In this document: piece by piece, positions 37,542-48,579 of the stretch | Numbering within the stretch: position 1 is the first letter of the stretch | Layout: every line of letters begins with the position of its first letter | Assembly (NCBI GenBank): GCA_963575745.1 | Contig: CAUYUJ010000048.1 | Location: 124,001-188,000 of the forward strand | DNA: 64,000 nt | Direction of reading: 5' to 3' | Source: Prorocentrum cordatum | Lineage: Eukaryota | The notes under the pieces: generated by a model | Told to the model about the DNA's origin: nothing | The model's input: only the letters and a program-made list of their open reading frames with translations | Database searches by the model: none | Translations under genes and position numbers: made by a program

Positions 37542-40500
37542 ATGCTGAGCCGCATGCCCGCAGAAATGGGGCGCGGGCGGGCCCCGCGCCCACGGGAATC
37601 TGCAGCGCTCCCGCCTGCGAGCCTCAGGCCGTGTGCTGGCCCCGTTCAGGAGCGAAAGAGGGGCGTGCGCGTATACGAGTCCGTGCTGGTCTTGAGAGCT
37701 CGCATTGCGCGGATGCTCGTAGCACGCGGCTGGTCTCGCGGGTCAAGGGGCCGTGCTCATGTACTCCAGATTCCGTAATAAAGGGAGGGGGGGTCTCATT
37801 TCGGGGGGGGGTCTCTTCCAGGCTATCTTGGAAGGCCTGGGGGGTCTGGGGACGATGTTTTGGAGGGTTCTCCCACGGTGGAGGTCTGAAATGGCTTGTC
37901 TTGGAGGGTCCAGACCCCCTCCCTTTCATTACGAATTTTATCGCGAAATTTGTACATCGCTGGGCGCGTGCGTCCTTTTCGTGGGCTCCCTGCCAGCGTG
38001 CTTGCTCCGGCCAGCAGCACCGGCAGCACGCGGCCCGTGTCGGCCCTCCCTGCACCGCCTGCGGCGTATCATATCAGGAGGAGAAAAAACACACAGACAC
38101 AATTAATCGTCGATCCCCAATAAAATATGGAAAAATATAGGAATTGGGCGGGAAGACAAAAACCCAGAAAATATATGAAAATATAGGAAACCATTTTTTG
38201 TGTGTATTTATTTGTGTGTCCCAGGGCCCCTTCAGTATCGGAGGGCTTCGGTGGACAAGCGCACGTTGGCGCCGACCCGCGTTCCAAGGATGATCGACCA
38301 GCATCTGCTCATGAAGCCCAGGCCTGCATGCTGCGATACGGGGCGTGAAAACGACCACAGCCACTGCTTTTCTTTTGTTGCCGCCTTCCAGCTAGCAGAA
38401 ACAAAGCAGTGGTTGTGGTCATTTTCGTTCAGCTTGGCACCAGGGAAATGACCACAACCACTGCTTCTTTTTCGGCCGGCTGGAAGGCAGCGCAAACAAG
38501 AAGCAGTGGTTGTGGTAATTTTCCCGTCCCGCATGCGAGTCACGGCGCTGTGATTCGATTACGGGTGAGCCCGAACCAGGGTGAAGCTCTGCAGTGTTGC
38601 CGCGCCAGTTCGGTTGGGATTTGGCAGACGTTTGGTGAGAGGCAGTGGGGTCGAGGACGAGGACTGTGCAGTCGTGGACGCCGGAGCGTCAGCAGCAGCA
38701 GTCACCAGATTCTATCGTACTACGTAGCGATGCTTTCAGTGAAGAGTTTTGACTCCGCTGCCTGCCGCCACTCAGCTTCCGAGTTTTATTCTTTTGTCCG
38801 ACCGAGCTCTTCCCACACTTGCGCTTCAGATGCCCTACCTTTCCTTTACCAAGCACGCTCGCCGCCTGGTGCGAGGACGGCAGGAAGTTCGGACACGATT
38901 CGGACAACCACGCCGAAGGCCCCACTGTCTTGACTTTCCCTTGCTAGCAAGACGCATTCTGCGGTCTGGGCAGCAGAGTTGACATTATTGCAAAAGTGTT
39001 TGTGTTTTTGTTGCTGATGGTTGTGCAGTTTGGGCCTACGGTGGTCTCTCTCGAGGCCCTGGACCATCACACAACGAGGGGGGCATTGGGGCAAAACTCT
39101 GGGAGCCATCGTCGCGAACATGATGTCGTTGGAGGCCTAGGACTCGTGTTGGATTATGAGACGCTGGGGATTGAGAGGGAGTAGGGCGCACAAGCCCGTT
39201 GCCTCGGCCAGGCGTGAATACCCACATAGCAGCACTCATGCCCGTGGGGCAGGAGGGGCCAGCGGGGAAGGCAAGACATGAGGGGGAGGGCGTGGGTCCG
39301 TGAAAGGCACCGCTGCAAACGGACCTCTCGGCCCCACCTCCGCGGCAGGCCTAAGTCGCGAGGACCCTGAGCAAGAGCAGGGCTCGCGCTGGGCTCTACG
39401 CTTAAGTCGGGCCTGTCCCTCTGCAGCAGGAATCTTTAAGAACAGTCAATTAACAGTCTGGGGACGATTTTTCGAGCATTTTTATTCGGCTGATAGGTTT
39501 CTAGTGGTCTCAAAAGAAAGCATCTTGACGCCCCAGGGGGGTCTGGGCGGGATCCGGACAGATCCGGACAGCCCCAGGAATCCTTAGGAATGTTTGAAAA
39601 TTCTTAGGAATCCTTGGGAATCCATTCCCAGAACAGCATTCCCAGTCCACATTTTGAATGCCCGGAGCCAACTGTAGGCCACTTCGTGTTCTTCGTGTTC
39701 CCAGAACACCATTCCCAGGCCACATTTTGAATGCCCGGAGCCAGCTGTAGGCCACTTCGTGTTCTTCGTGTTCCCAGAACACCATTCCCAGGCCACATCT
39801 TGAATGCCCGGAGCCAACTGTAGGCCACTTCGTGTTCTTCGTGTTCCCAGAACACCATTCCCAGGCCACATTTTGAATGCCTGGAGCCAACTGTAAGCCA
39901 CTTCGTGTTCTTCGTGTTCCCAGAACACCATTCCCAGGCCACATATTGAATGCCCGGAGCCAACTGTAGGCCGCTTCGTGTTCTTCGTGTTCCCGGAACA
40001 CAATTCTTGCACCATATTTTGATTGCCCAGAGCCAACTGTGGGCCACTTCGTGTTCTTCGTGTTCCCAAAGCTCCATTCCCAGGCCATATTTTGAATGCC
40101 CGAGCTGAGGCAGGCTGCGGCCGAGGCAGGCTGAGGCCGAGGCAGGCTGAGGCTGAGGCTGAGGCACGCCGAGGCAGGCTGAGGCTGAGGCTGAGGCAGG
40201 CTGAGGCTGAGGCAGGCTGAGGCTGAGGAGGCAGGCTGAGGCTGAGGCAGGCTGAGGCTGAGGCTGAGGCAGGCTGAGGCTGAGGCTGACTGAGGCTGAG
40301 GCTGAGGCTGCAGGCTGAGGCTGAGGCTGAGGCTGAGGCAGGCTGAGGCTGAGGCCGAGGCTGAAGGCAGACTGAGGCTGAGGCTGAAGCAGGCTGAGGC
40401 TGAAGCTGAGGCAGGCTGAGGCTGAGGCTGAGGCTGAGGCAGGCTGCGGCTGAGGCAGGCTGAGGCTGAGGCTGAGGCTGATGCAGGCTGAGGCTGAGGC

Positions 40501-43500
40501 AGGCTGAGGCTGAGGCAGGCTGAGGCTGAGGGCTGAGGCTGAGGCGAGGCGAGGCTGAGGCTGAGGCAGGCTGAGGCTGAGGCAGGCTGAGGCTGAGGCA
40601 GGCTGACTGAGGCTGAGGCTGCAGGCTGAGGCTGAGGCTGAGGCTGAGGCTGAGGCTGAGGGCTGAGGCTGCAGGCTGAGGCTGAGGCTGATGCAGGCTG
40701 AGGGCTGGCTGAGGCAGCTGAGGCTGAGGCTGCTGAGGCTGCTGAGGCTGAGGCTGAGGCTGAGGCTGAGGCTGAGGCTGAGGCTGAGGCTGATGCTGAG
40801 GCTGCTGAGGCTGATGCAGGCTGAGGCTGAGAGGCTGACGCTGAGGAGGCTGAGGCCGAGGCAGGCTGAGGCTGAGGCTGCGGCAAGCCGAGGCAGGCTG
40901 AGGCTGGGGCTGAGGCTGAGGCAGGCTGAGGCTGAGGCTGTGGCTGAGGCTGAGGCAAGCTGCGGCTGAGGCAGGCTGAGGCTGAGGCTGATGCAGGCTG
41001 AGGCTGAGGCAGGCTGAGGCTGAGGTTGAGGCAGGCTGAGGCTGAGGCCGAGGCAGGCGAATCCTTCGGAATCCGTAGGATTCCCTAGGAATCCTTAGGA
41101 ATCCATAGGAATCCCTAGGAATCAGGATTCCTAAGGAAACCCTAGGAATCAGGATTCCTAAGGTTTCCTAAGGATCCCCATGGATTCTTAAGGATGCCTA
41201 AGGATGCCTTAGGAATCCCTAGGAATCCTTAGGATTCCATTGGATCCTAAGGCCGTTGCCACTGCGACTGTCTTTGCGAATGCGACTGCGACTGCGAGAA
41301 CAGCAGAATTCTACAACTGGATTCTCACCTGAATCTTAAGGGGAATGCTTCCAGATATGCTTATACACATCGCTGTTAGGTTGCCTTGCCGTTTTTTATT
41401 TTTATTTTTCCGCCAACATCCGCCTGTAGGGGGACACGCCCGCCCTAGCTCTGCGCTCTGTGCCCTGGCTCGCTGCTCGATGCCTTGACAATCGCAAGGG
41501 GGGCGCACGGCACACGCCGGCCCTCGGCGGAGTTCGGGGGCCGGGGGCGCTCGGTGCCCGGGCAGCCGCGCCGCCAGTTGCAGCGTCGTCGGTCTGGAGT
41601 TAAGGCGGGCATGTCCCTGTACAGGAGGAGTAGTTATTCGGAGCATAACCGATGCTGGTCATCCGATTGGCATGTGGCCACTGTGCATAGGCACGCGTGT
41701 TCGGTTGACGGTGAAGATGCCGGCGGAGGATAAGATCGTGCAGGACGCCACCGGGACATTCCGGGGCGTGAAGTTCCACCTCAACGAGTTCCCAACGCAG
41801 GATGCTAGATCGGATTGGCGCCGAAGTAACGATCACGAAGCCCGCAGGCGCGGATATTATGGATGTAACTCGTTGCCACGTTGTGTCCTCGCCAAGTATG
41901 ACGGCTTGGACATCGATTCTGGGGATTTGTTGGAGTATGTCTGACGGTTTGGTTATTTTGAACATGTTGCATTATTCCGTCAAGAATCCGCCTGTAGGAG
42001 AACATGCCCGACCCAAGCTTGGACTCCCGCCCAAAAGGAACCGATCACCCGGCATCTTGGGAGGCGATCTCCGCCTAATGCCTTCGGGGCTCCCTGTGGC
42101 CCGAGTGGATCTGTATCCGTCTACCCGCTGGGGTAATTGCTGCGAGATCGGGCCCCCAGGCCCCAGGCGGTAGACCGGCTCAGGGCACCCCACGCTTCGG
42201 CGCGACGTGCGATTAGGATCCCTGAGGAATTTCTGGAGATCTGCGCGAGATCCCTGGGATTCTGAAGGAATTTCTAGGGACCTGGGCGAGATCCCTGGGA
42301 TTCTTAAGGAATTTCTAGGGATCCTTCTAAGGGTCTGGGCGAGATCCCTGGGATCCCTGAGGAATTTCGGGGGATCTGAGCGAGATCCCTAGGATCCCTG
42401 AGGAATTTCTAGGGATCTGCGCGAGATCTTCCGGATTCCTGAAGAATCTGTAGAGGAATCTCTGAGCGAGCTCCCTGGCCACGCCCCAGATCCCAGGCGT
42501 CAGTGCCCCGAGCCTGCCCCGGCCCTCCCGCCCCGCGCAGCGGAGCGACGCGCGATCCGCTCTCCGGCAGACGTGTGCAGGCTCGGGCCTCGCAGTTCTT
42601 ATGGTCGGGAGCCCTGGCCCAGCGCGTCGCGCCGCCTGCTCTGGCCCACCACGCCTTCGCCGCGACGGGCTGACCACTTCCCAAGTGCCGAGCGCCCACG
42701 TCCCGAGCCTTGTCCGAGCTCCCCGCCCAGAGGAGCGGAGCGACACGCTGTCCGCTCGGTGGCGCGTCGCTGGGGCCGCCGCCGCGACACGCTGGGCGAA
42801 AGTTACGTTTCTGACTGTCGTATTCTTGTCCTGGACTCCTTAGGTCTTGGATAGGAAACGTTCGGAGCCCGAGCCGCTCGTCGTCGGGCCGGCGGCCGCG
42901 GCGACAGGCGGCGACCACGGCGCACTGGTCCAGCTCGAGGAGTCGCTGGCAAAGAGCATCATGATGCTGCCGCTCGCCACCAGGCCAACCGCCTGCGCAG
43001 TCTGGCAGCGTGCTAGAAGCTGGAGGGATAAGACGCGACACCACAACCTCAGAGGATGAAACGGTATTGAAATCGACCCTTGCCTCGTCTTCATCGTTTT
43101 GGACCGCTTGGGACGCCCTCGTCCCCATGGCTGGATTCGCATCGAAATTCTTATCAGAACGCACCCCAGGAGAAGTCTGGGGAGTAGCGGTATCGGCATC
43201 TTTCGGTTTTACCTCAACCTCCAGCGTGCAATGGTCCCGCTAGATCCACCGCCCTGCTTGTGCATATGATGCTGTTTTCTTTCTCTGTGATGGATGCCAG
43301 CCTCTCTGTCCTGATTTGATGCTCATCGATGTCGGCGGGCCAGTGGGAGTGCGATGCCGATCGCTCGAAGGTGATACACAGGGCTGTTTATCGGTTGGCC
43401 AGCTCGCTGCCCTGCGTCCCATGATAGCACACCAGAAGTCCTGCGCCGCTGTGGCGCAGGCAAGGCTTGAGCCAGAATCGTTGAGAATGGGACCGTTCTG

Positions 43501-43935
43501 TTCATGTAAGATTCCTGCATCGTGATACGGACATCCGTGTCTTAACACGGACGGGGCCTGCTAAGCAAGGCGTAGCTGAATTTCTTCCATCGGCGGCGAG
43601 GCAGAGGCAGTCCGCTCCAGCGTGTGGCTAATCGGAGCAGCCGAATTGCGAATTGTCCGGTGTGCAAGAGGAAGGAAACATACGAGGGCGGCCGCGCGGG
43701 GGGAGGAGGGGGGAGCGTTCAGACGAGGAAGAGTACCGCGTAAGGCGTAGCTGAAACACGAAGTAACAGGGAGCCCGGAACGCCGAGGAGCGCAGATGAT
43801 TCTTGCAGACGGGGCTCCTCCAGAGCTCGGGGCCCTGTGAGGCCCTGCGCGGCTCTGGAGGGGACGGCTCCAGGCTGCGAGTGGCACGGCGGGCCACCTC
43901 CAGCGAGGAGGTCCACGATGCTTTCCCGAGCTGGA
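37542..43935 (+). CDS. Candidate multi-exon gene of unknown function (putative exons 37542-37627, 38289-38321, ~42855-42983, ~43873-43935)
   Basis: Four short GC3-rich open segments are bounded by AG|G acceptors and AG|GC or AG|GT donors, and all join in phase 2: MLSRMPAEMG..PASLR|MIDQHLLMKPR|KRSEPEPLVVGP..LEESLAKSIMMLPLATR|LRVARRATSSEEVHDAFPSW. No recognisable domain. Confidence 0.3.
38345..38525. repeat. Double-palindrome element
   Basis: GACCACARCCACTGCTT / AAGCAGTGGTTGTGGT occurs twice as an inverted pair. Confidence 0.6.
39627..40100. repeat. 73-bp tandem satellite, ~6.5 copies
   Basis: CCCGGAGCCAACTGTAGGCCACTTCGTGTTCTTCGTGTTCCCAGAACACCATTCCCAGGCCACATTTTGAATG at 39661, 39734 and onward. 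Confidence 0.95.
40104..41250. repeat. (GGCTGA)n/GGCA microsatellite followed by GGAATCCYTA repeats
   Basis: Visible. GGAATCC/GGATCC-type repeats also at ~39577-39625 and ~42210-42460. Confidence 0.95.
41672..41944 (+). pseudogene. PIF1-like (Helitron-type) helicase fragment inside a MITE
   Basis: WPLCIGTRVRLTVKMPAEDKIVQDATGTFRGVKFH..GYYGCNSLPRCVLAKYDG resembles the PIF1 2B subdomain LxLxxGxxVxL..LxxGxxGxV. Recognised by eye only. Confidence 0.45.
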
Positions 43936-45429
43936 GGTCGGAGCTGCCTCGAGCGATGGGGCCGGAAAAAGGGGGGTCCACACCACCAGGAGGGCCCTGC
44001 CTGGCTTGTGGTGCTGGTGGTGGTGGTTAGTGGAATGGTCACTACCCACCAAACCACCCCAACCCAACCCGAAGGCCTCAAGTAGCCCTCCGTTTCCAGT
44101 GGGGGGGTGGCGGGGAACATTGAAAAAACACATGGAACCCATACCCCCACCCAGCCCGAAATGAGGGTCAAATTCGGGTCTTCGTGTTGGGTTGGGGTTG
44201 TCTGGTAGGCACTCAAATGGGGGGGGACGTCCCCTGTTACACGTCATTAAACCAGGTCTCACGAAACCAAGTGCTTCCAACGCCCGACAAGACACGGCAT
44301 GCACACAATTTCTCGGAGGTCCGCGCGGATTTCTTCACGGGACCCGCGGGCGACGGGCAGGCTGCCGGGCCATCTTCTGGACGAGTAGGAAGCGACGTTG
44401 CCAGCACCTTCCAGTAATCATTTGGCGTCGCCAAAGCACACGTCGGTCTGTCAGCATCGCGGCCATGATGACCCATTCACTTTGGCTCCCCATTCGAACT
44501 TGCTTATGACAGAGAAGAGATACAGGCGCCGCGGAAACAGCAGCGGGAACACAATGATTTCGTCATGTGGACGCGACGGCAACGACAACAGTGCCGAGTA
44601 TGCAAATTAGACTGCCGAAGCCCACGTTGACTGAGCAGAAGGTATAGTAGAACGGGTGGTCTTCGTAGAAGACCGCGCCATCCGGGGGCCGCAACACCAC
44701 CTCCGCCACCGCTCTACCTAGTCGCCCTCGCCCTCCTCACCCTCCTCTGTCTCCCCCTAGCTTGTCGCCCGTCCCTTGCGCCTCAACCTGTTTCCCTGTC
44801 GCCCTCGCCCTCCTCACCCTCCTCTGCCTCGCCCTAGCGTGTCGCCCGTCCCTTGCACCTCAACCTGCCTCCTCGTCGCCCTTGCCCCCCTCGCCAAGAA
44901 GGGGTCTGGAGGCTGGGTCTGAACGTATTTGTGGCGACGCTTCTTGGGGTCACCCGTGGGCGGAGGAGGGGCAGGGGGAGGGAGGAGGGGGTGGTGGTCT
45001 GAGGGATCGACAAGCGGCAAGGGGAACAGAGGGGGGGGGGGTGAAAGGGGGATGGGGCGACAGGGAGGGGGAGACGGGGAGCGGGGAAAGGAGGGGGGGA
45101 AGGGGGGCGAAAGGGAGGGGGAGACTCGCCCGACGCGGCCTCCTCGCCCGCTCGGCGGCCGCGGCGTCCAGAGCCGTGGCGACCCGGGCGTGCAGGCTGC
45201 CGCTGCTGGCCAGGTGGAGCCCCGCGGCCATCGCGGCGGAAGGCCCGCCGGCCCTCGCCGCGCCCGAGCCCCGGAGGGGCGGCAACGAGAGGGGATGGGG
45301 CCAGGAGGAGGAGGAGGAGGAGGAGGAGGAGGAGGAGGAGAGAGGAGGAGGGAGGAGGAGGAGGAGGAGGAGGGAGGAGGAGGAGGAGGGAGGAGGAGGA
45401 GGAGGAGGAGGACGAAGGGGAAGAAGAGG

Positions 45430-45482
45430 TCCGTGGCCACTTTTGGCTCGAGCCGTTCTGGCTCAAGCCAGTTAGGCTCAGG
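45430..45482 (+). other. Three tandem relict dinoflagellate spliced-leader sequences
   Basis: TCCGTGGCCACTTTTGGCTCGAG + CCGTTCTGGCTCAAG + CCAGTTAGGCTCAGG, compared with DinoSL DCCGTAGCCATTTTGGCTCAAG: one near-full copy followed by two 15-nt 3' portions. Confidence 0.8.
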
Positions 45483-45587
45483 GCTCGCTCGAGCGATTGA
45501 GGCGTGCTGTTCTGAACCCCCTGAGACTTACCGGCCTGGAGTTCGGGACTCCACCCGCTGACGAATCTCGATCCCCAGTCAGGCGCC

Positions 45588-46985
45588 ATGTTCCAGCATG
45601 GCTCTAAGAAGCATGGATACCAGATCACCGGAGTTACGTGCACCCTCTGTGGTTGCAAAAAGAATCCTCCTTGATATGCTACTTGCTACCACTGTCATGC
45701 CGATCTTCGCTTGTTCGGGATTGAAAACTCCGTCCCACAAGACATCCCCCCACCACCCTCCGAGGGCTGGGGCAAGGGGGGAGTCTCAGGGTTCGGTAAG
45801 ACCTCTAAGGGCGGGCCGAAAGGAACCCTTTCAGGAGGCAAAGGAGGTCAAGGAAGAAGAGGAGGACGTAAAGGCCCAGGTGATCTTGCAGGCGGCCTCC
45901 CTTCAGTGCCAGGTTTCGGCAAGGGCGGCAAATCCAACAACTACTACCACTACCAGACCTACGGCTACGGCAAGAAGCACGGCATGGGCTGGGGAGGGTG
46001 GGCAGGTCAGCAGTATTTCGAAGATCGTAACACCCGCAAGCACCACCATACCTGTGCCAGTCTGTTCCACGAGCTACTCCAGAAGGCCAAATCCAAGTAC
46101 AGCGACGTGGACCCGGAGCTGGTCCCTCAGATGGAGGCCCTCTACGGGGCCCTCAAAGGATCCGAAGATGCACAGATACCTCTCTCCTAAGTCTTCCAAA
46201 AGCAGGAAAAGAAGCTTAGGAATAGGGGAACTCAATTGGAGGGCGTCTGGGAGCAGATCCATTACTGTGACGAAGCTATTGCAGGCATTCAGAGGCAAAA
46301 GGAGCACCTCGAAGGAAATGCCCAGGAACTTGAGCAGGAAATCGCAGACCTACAGGAGGGGGCATCAGGAACACCACTGGCCAGGAGTGGAGCCCAGGCT
46401 CCTGATTCGACTGCTCAGAGGTCGCGAAAGATGAATTATACCAAAGGTGGCACGAAGACATGGCCCAGGCAGAACCTCCAAAGCAACCCAATGCGGGTTT
46501 CGCTATGCCTGTGGATGAAGACGGGGCGGAACCCAAAGGAGAGTGGTACGACAGGGACCTGGAAGATTTCACCCCAGTCAAGAACAAAACCAAGGCAGGC
46601 AAAGACAAGGGAGGACGAGGAAAAGGCAAATCGGCGTCCCAACCGAATGCCAAGCGCCCTTCGGAGTTGGACCTGGGGAGCCTCATCGCCAAACTCCAGG
46701 AAAGTCCTTCGTTTCGGAGCGTCATGGGGGACCAGGAGGAGCAGGTTTGGGAGGCTTTCCAGGACGTCCGGGGGTATGGGAAGATGCTCAAAAGGACATG
46801 GAGCTGCAGGCTACGAAAAGGAAGGGACTCGAAAGGGGCCGCCAGACGCAACCAAAGCAGCGGTCACAGCAGCAGCAGCGGCAGATTCAGCAGCCAACGG
46901 AAGCAGCGCAGCAGGAGCAGCAGCCAACGCAGGTGCAGCACTTGCAGGATCAGAGGCTTCTGTTCCCGGAGCTGCAAAGTAATAA
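45588..46985 (+). pseudogene. LINE ORF1-like region with RanBP2-like C4 zinc finger, Gly/Lys-rich tract and coiled-coil
   Basis: MFQHGSKKHGYQITGVTCTLCGCKKNPP*YATCYHCHAD (CxxC..CxxC, with an in-frame TGA), then GKGG repeats and a coiled-coil (AIAGIQRQKEHLEGNAQELEQEIADLQE). Disrupted by stops and frameshifts. Confidence 0.6.
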
Positions 46986-46989
46986 GACA

Positions 46990-47779
46990 ATGCGAGGCTT
47001 CACCATTGCCACGGCCAACGTCAACAGCTGGGGGGCGGGGGCCGACATCATCGATGCAGCGAAAGCAGATGTTATCCTGGTGCAGGAGCACAGGCTGCAA
47101 ACCAAGAAATACTTAGCTGCAGTCAGTGCATGGTGCGCCTGGCCTCAAGGAGCCCAAAGGGGGCGCATCAAGTGGAGTCTTCATATTTGTCAAGGGCCAC
47201 CTTGACTCGTTTACGGGAGTTTGCAAAGAAGTTCTTGTTCCAGGGCGGCTATGCAGATGTTTTCTCAGGTTACGGGGGCATGGGGGCATTGCAATTTTCA
47301 GCGTGTACTTGCACACAGGCAAAGGGCTGAACCCTGCCAACTTGAGCATTATCCGCGCCACGGGGGAGGACATGTTGAACCATGGGTACCAGAGCATAGC
47401 AGGAGGAGGTTGGAACATAAAAGCAGACATTTTCACAGAGCATGTCGAGCTTGATGTGTTGAACTCGGTTGTAAAATGCCCGTTAGAGCCCGCGTGTTGC
47501 ATTCCAACCAGAAAATCGCATGTCGTTTACTTTGCTAACGCATCCCTTATGGCGAACGCCATGGATTCAGTTTGCATTCAAGACGACATAGAGCTGTCCC
47601 CCCACAGAGTAGTCCAATTAAGGTTCAAAAGGGGCTTGGAGACCATCCTGGTGGAAGCACCCGGTCTCTATCGGAAGATTCGCAGCTCCCCGGCCATCGG
47701 GCCCAGACAACGGCCACCAGACTACGGGGGCCTGATTCAGGACTTGACGGCTTGCCTGCAAGATAGGAAAGATAGCTAA
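46990..47779 (+). pseudogene. LINE apurinic-type endonuclease (EEP) domain
   Basis: MRGFTIATANVNSW..ADVILVQEHRL; after a frameshift, SSGVFIFVK, SVYLHTG, IAGGGWN (degenerate GDxN) and SPHRVV (SDH-like). Confidence 0.85.
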
Positions 47780-48579
47780 GGAGCAGTCTGGAGTGCCGCA
47801 GGGGGCAGCGAAGACCATGTTAAGGGAATCGCGCTTTCTGACAACATTTATGGTAGGTGGCTCCCGCTTGTCCGGCAAGAGCTCTACTTGGCTACCCAGA
47901 CGAGCCCGAGAGTCCCAGGCAAGGAGATTGGCACGGCGATGGCTACGTCTTTCATGCCACTCGCGCAGCTCCTCAAATGCAAGTACTACCCCCAGAAGTT
48001 CCAGAAAGGGCCATGTTGTGGGTAGTGCATAGGTTCCGGGAGCTTGCATCGCGCTACGATGGGGGCAAGGGCTATAGCAAGCCAGCGGGTCAGTTGCGCC
48101 AGCAGCGGCATCGTTTTAGGAGTATGTCCAAAAGGGGTGGGCCATTCAGGGCCCGCTGGAAGGCAGGAGGCGACCTCTTCCATGACTACGTTGCTGACGT
48201 AGCCCAGACGCTCATCACCAGTTGTTTCATGGATGGGAGGTTGCCTGTTACGCATGCATTGCAAGCGTTGAAGCATGTCTGCATGGGTTACAAGGTAAGG
48301 AGAATAATGATGAAAGGGGGCGTGGCACGCATGGGTAGACAAGGCATGCGAAGGGCCATGCTCGGACATCTACCGACATCTTAAAGGAAAAAACTGCTGG
48401 GAGGCGGAAGAGGTATGGTCTGAAGAAGGCTTCTCCACCTCGCTGCCTACCTGCAGCACCAACTGTCAGCCTGGGGGGACAAGTGGGCAGCGACAGATGA
48501 CCCCGACCCTGTCCCGGACGACGCGGCGAGCTATCCACCATTCCCTGTCCCAGAGCTCAGCGACGCCAGCGACCTTCAG

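Noticed and set aside
39627..40100. CRISPR-like regular repeats (also the 197-bp and 90-bp arrays)
   Set aside because: Whole units repeat with no unique spacers, there are no cas genes, and the context is eukaryotic.
39510..41060. 482-aa Pro/Gln/Ala/Ser ORF or telomeric tract
   Set aside because: It is a (GGCTGA)n microsatellite, not the TTTAGGG-type telomere repeat.
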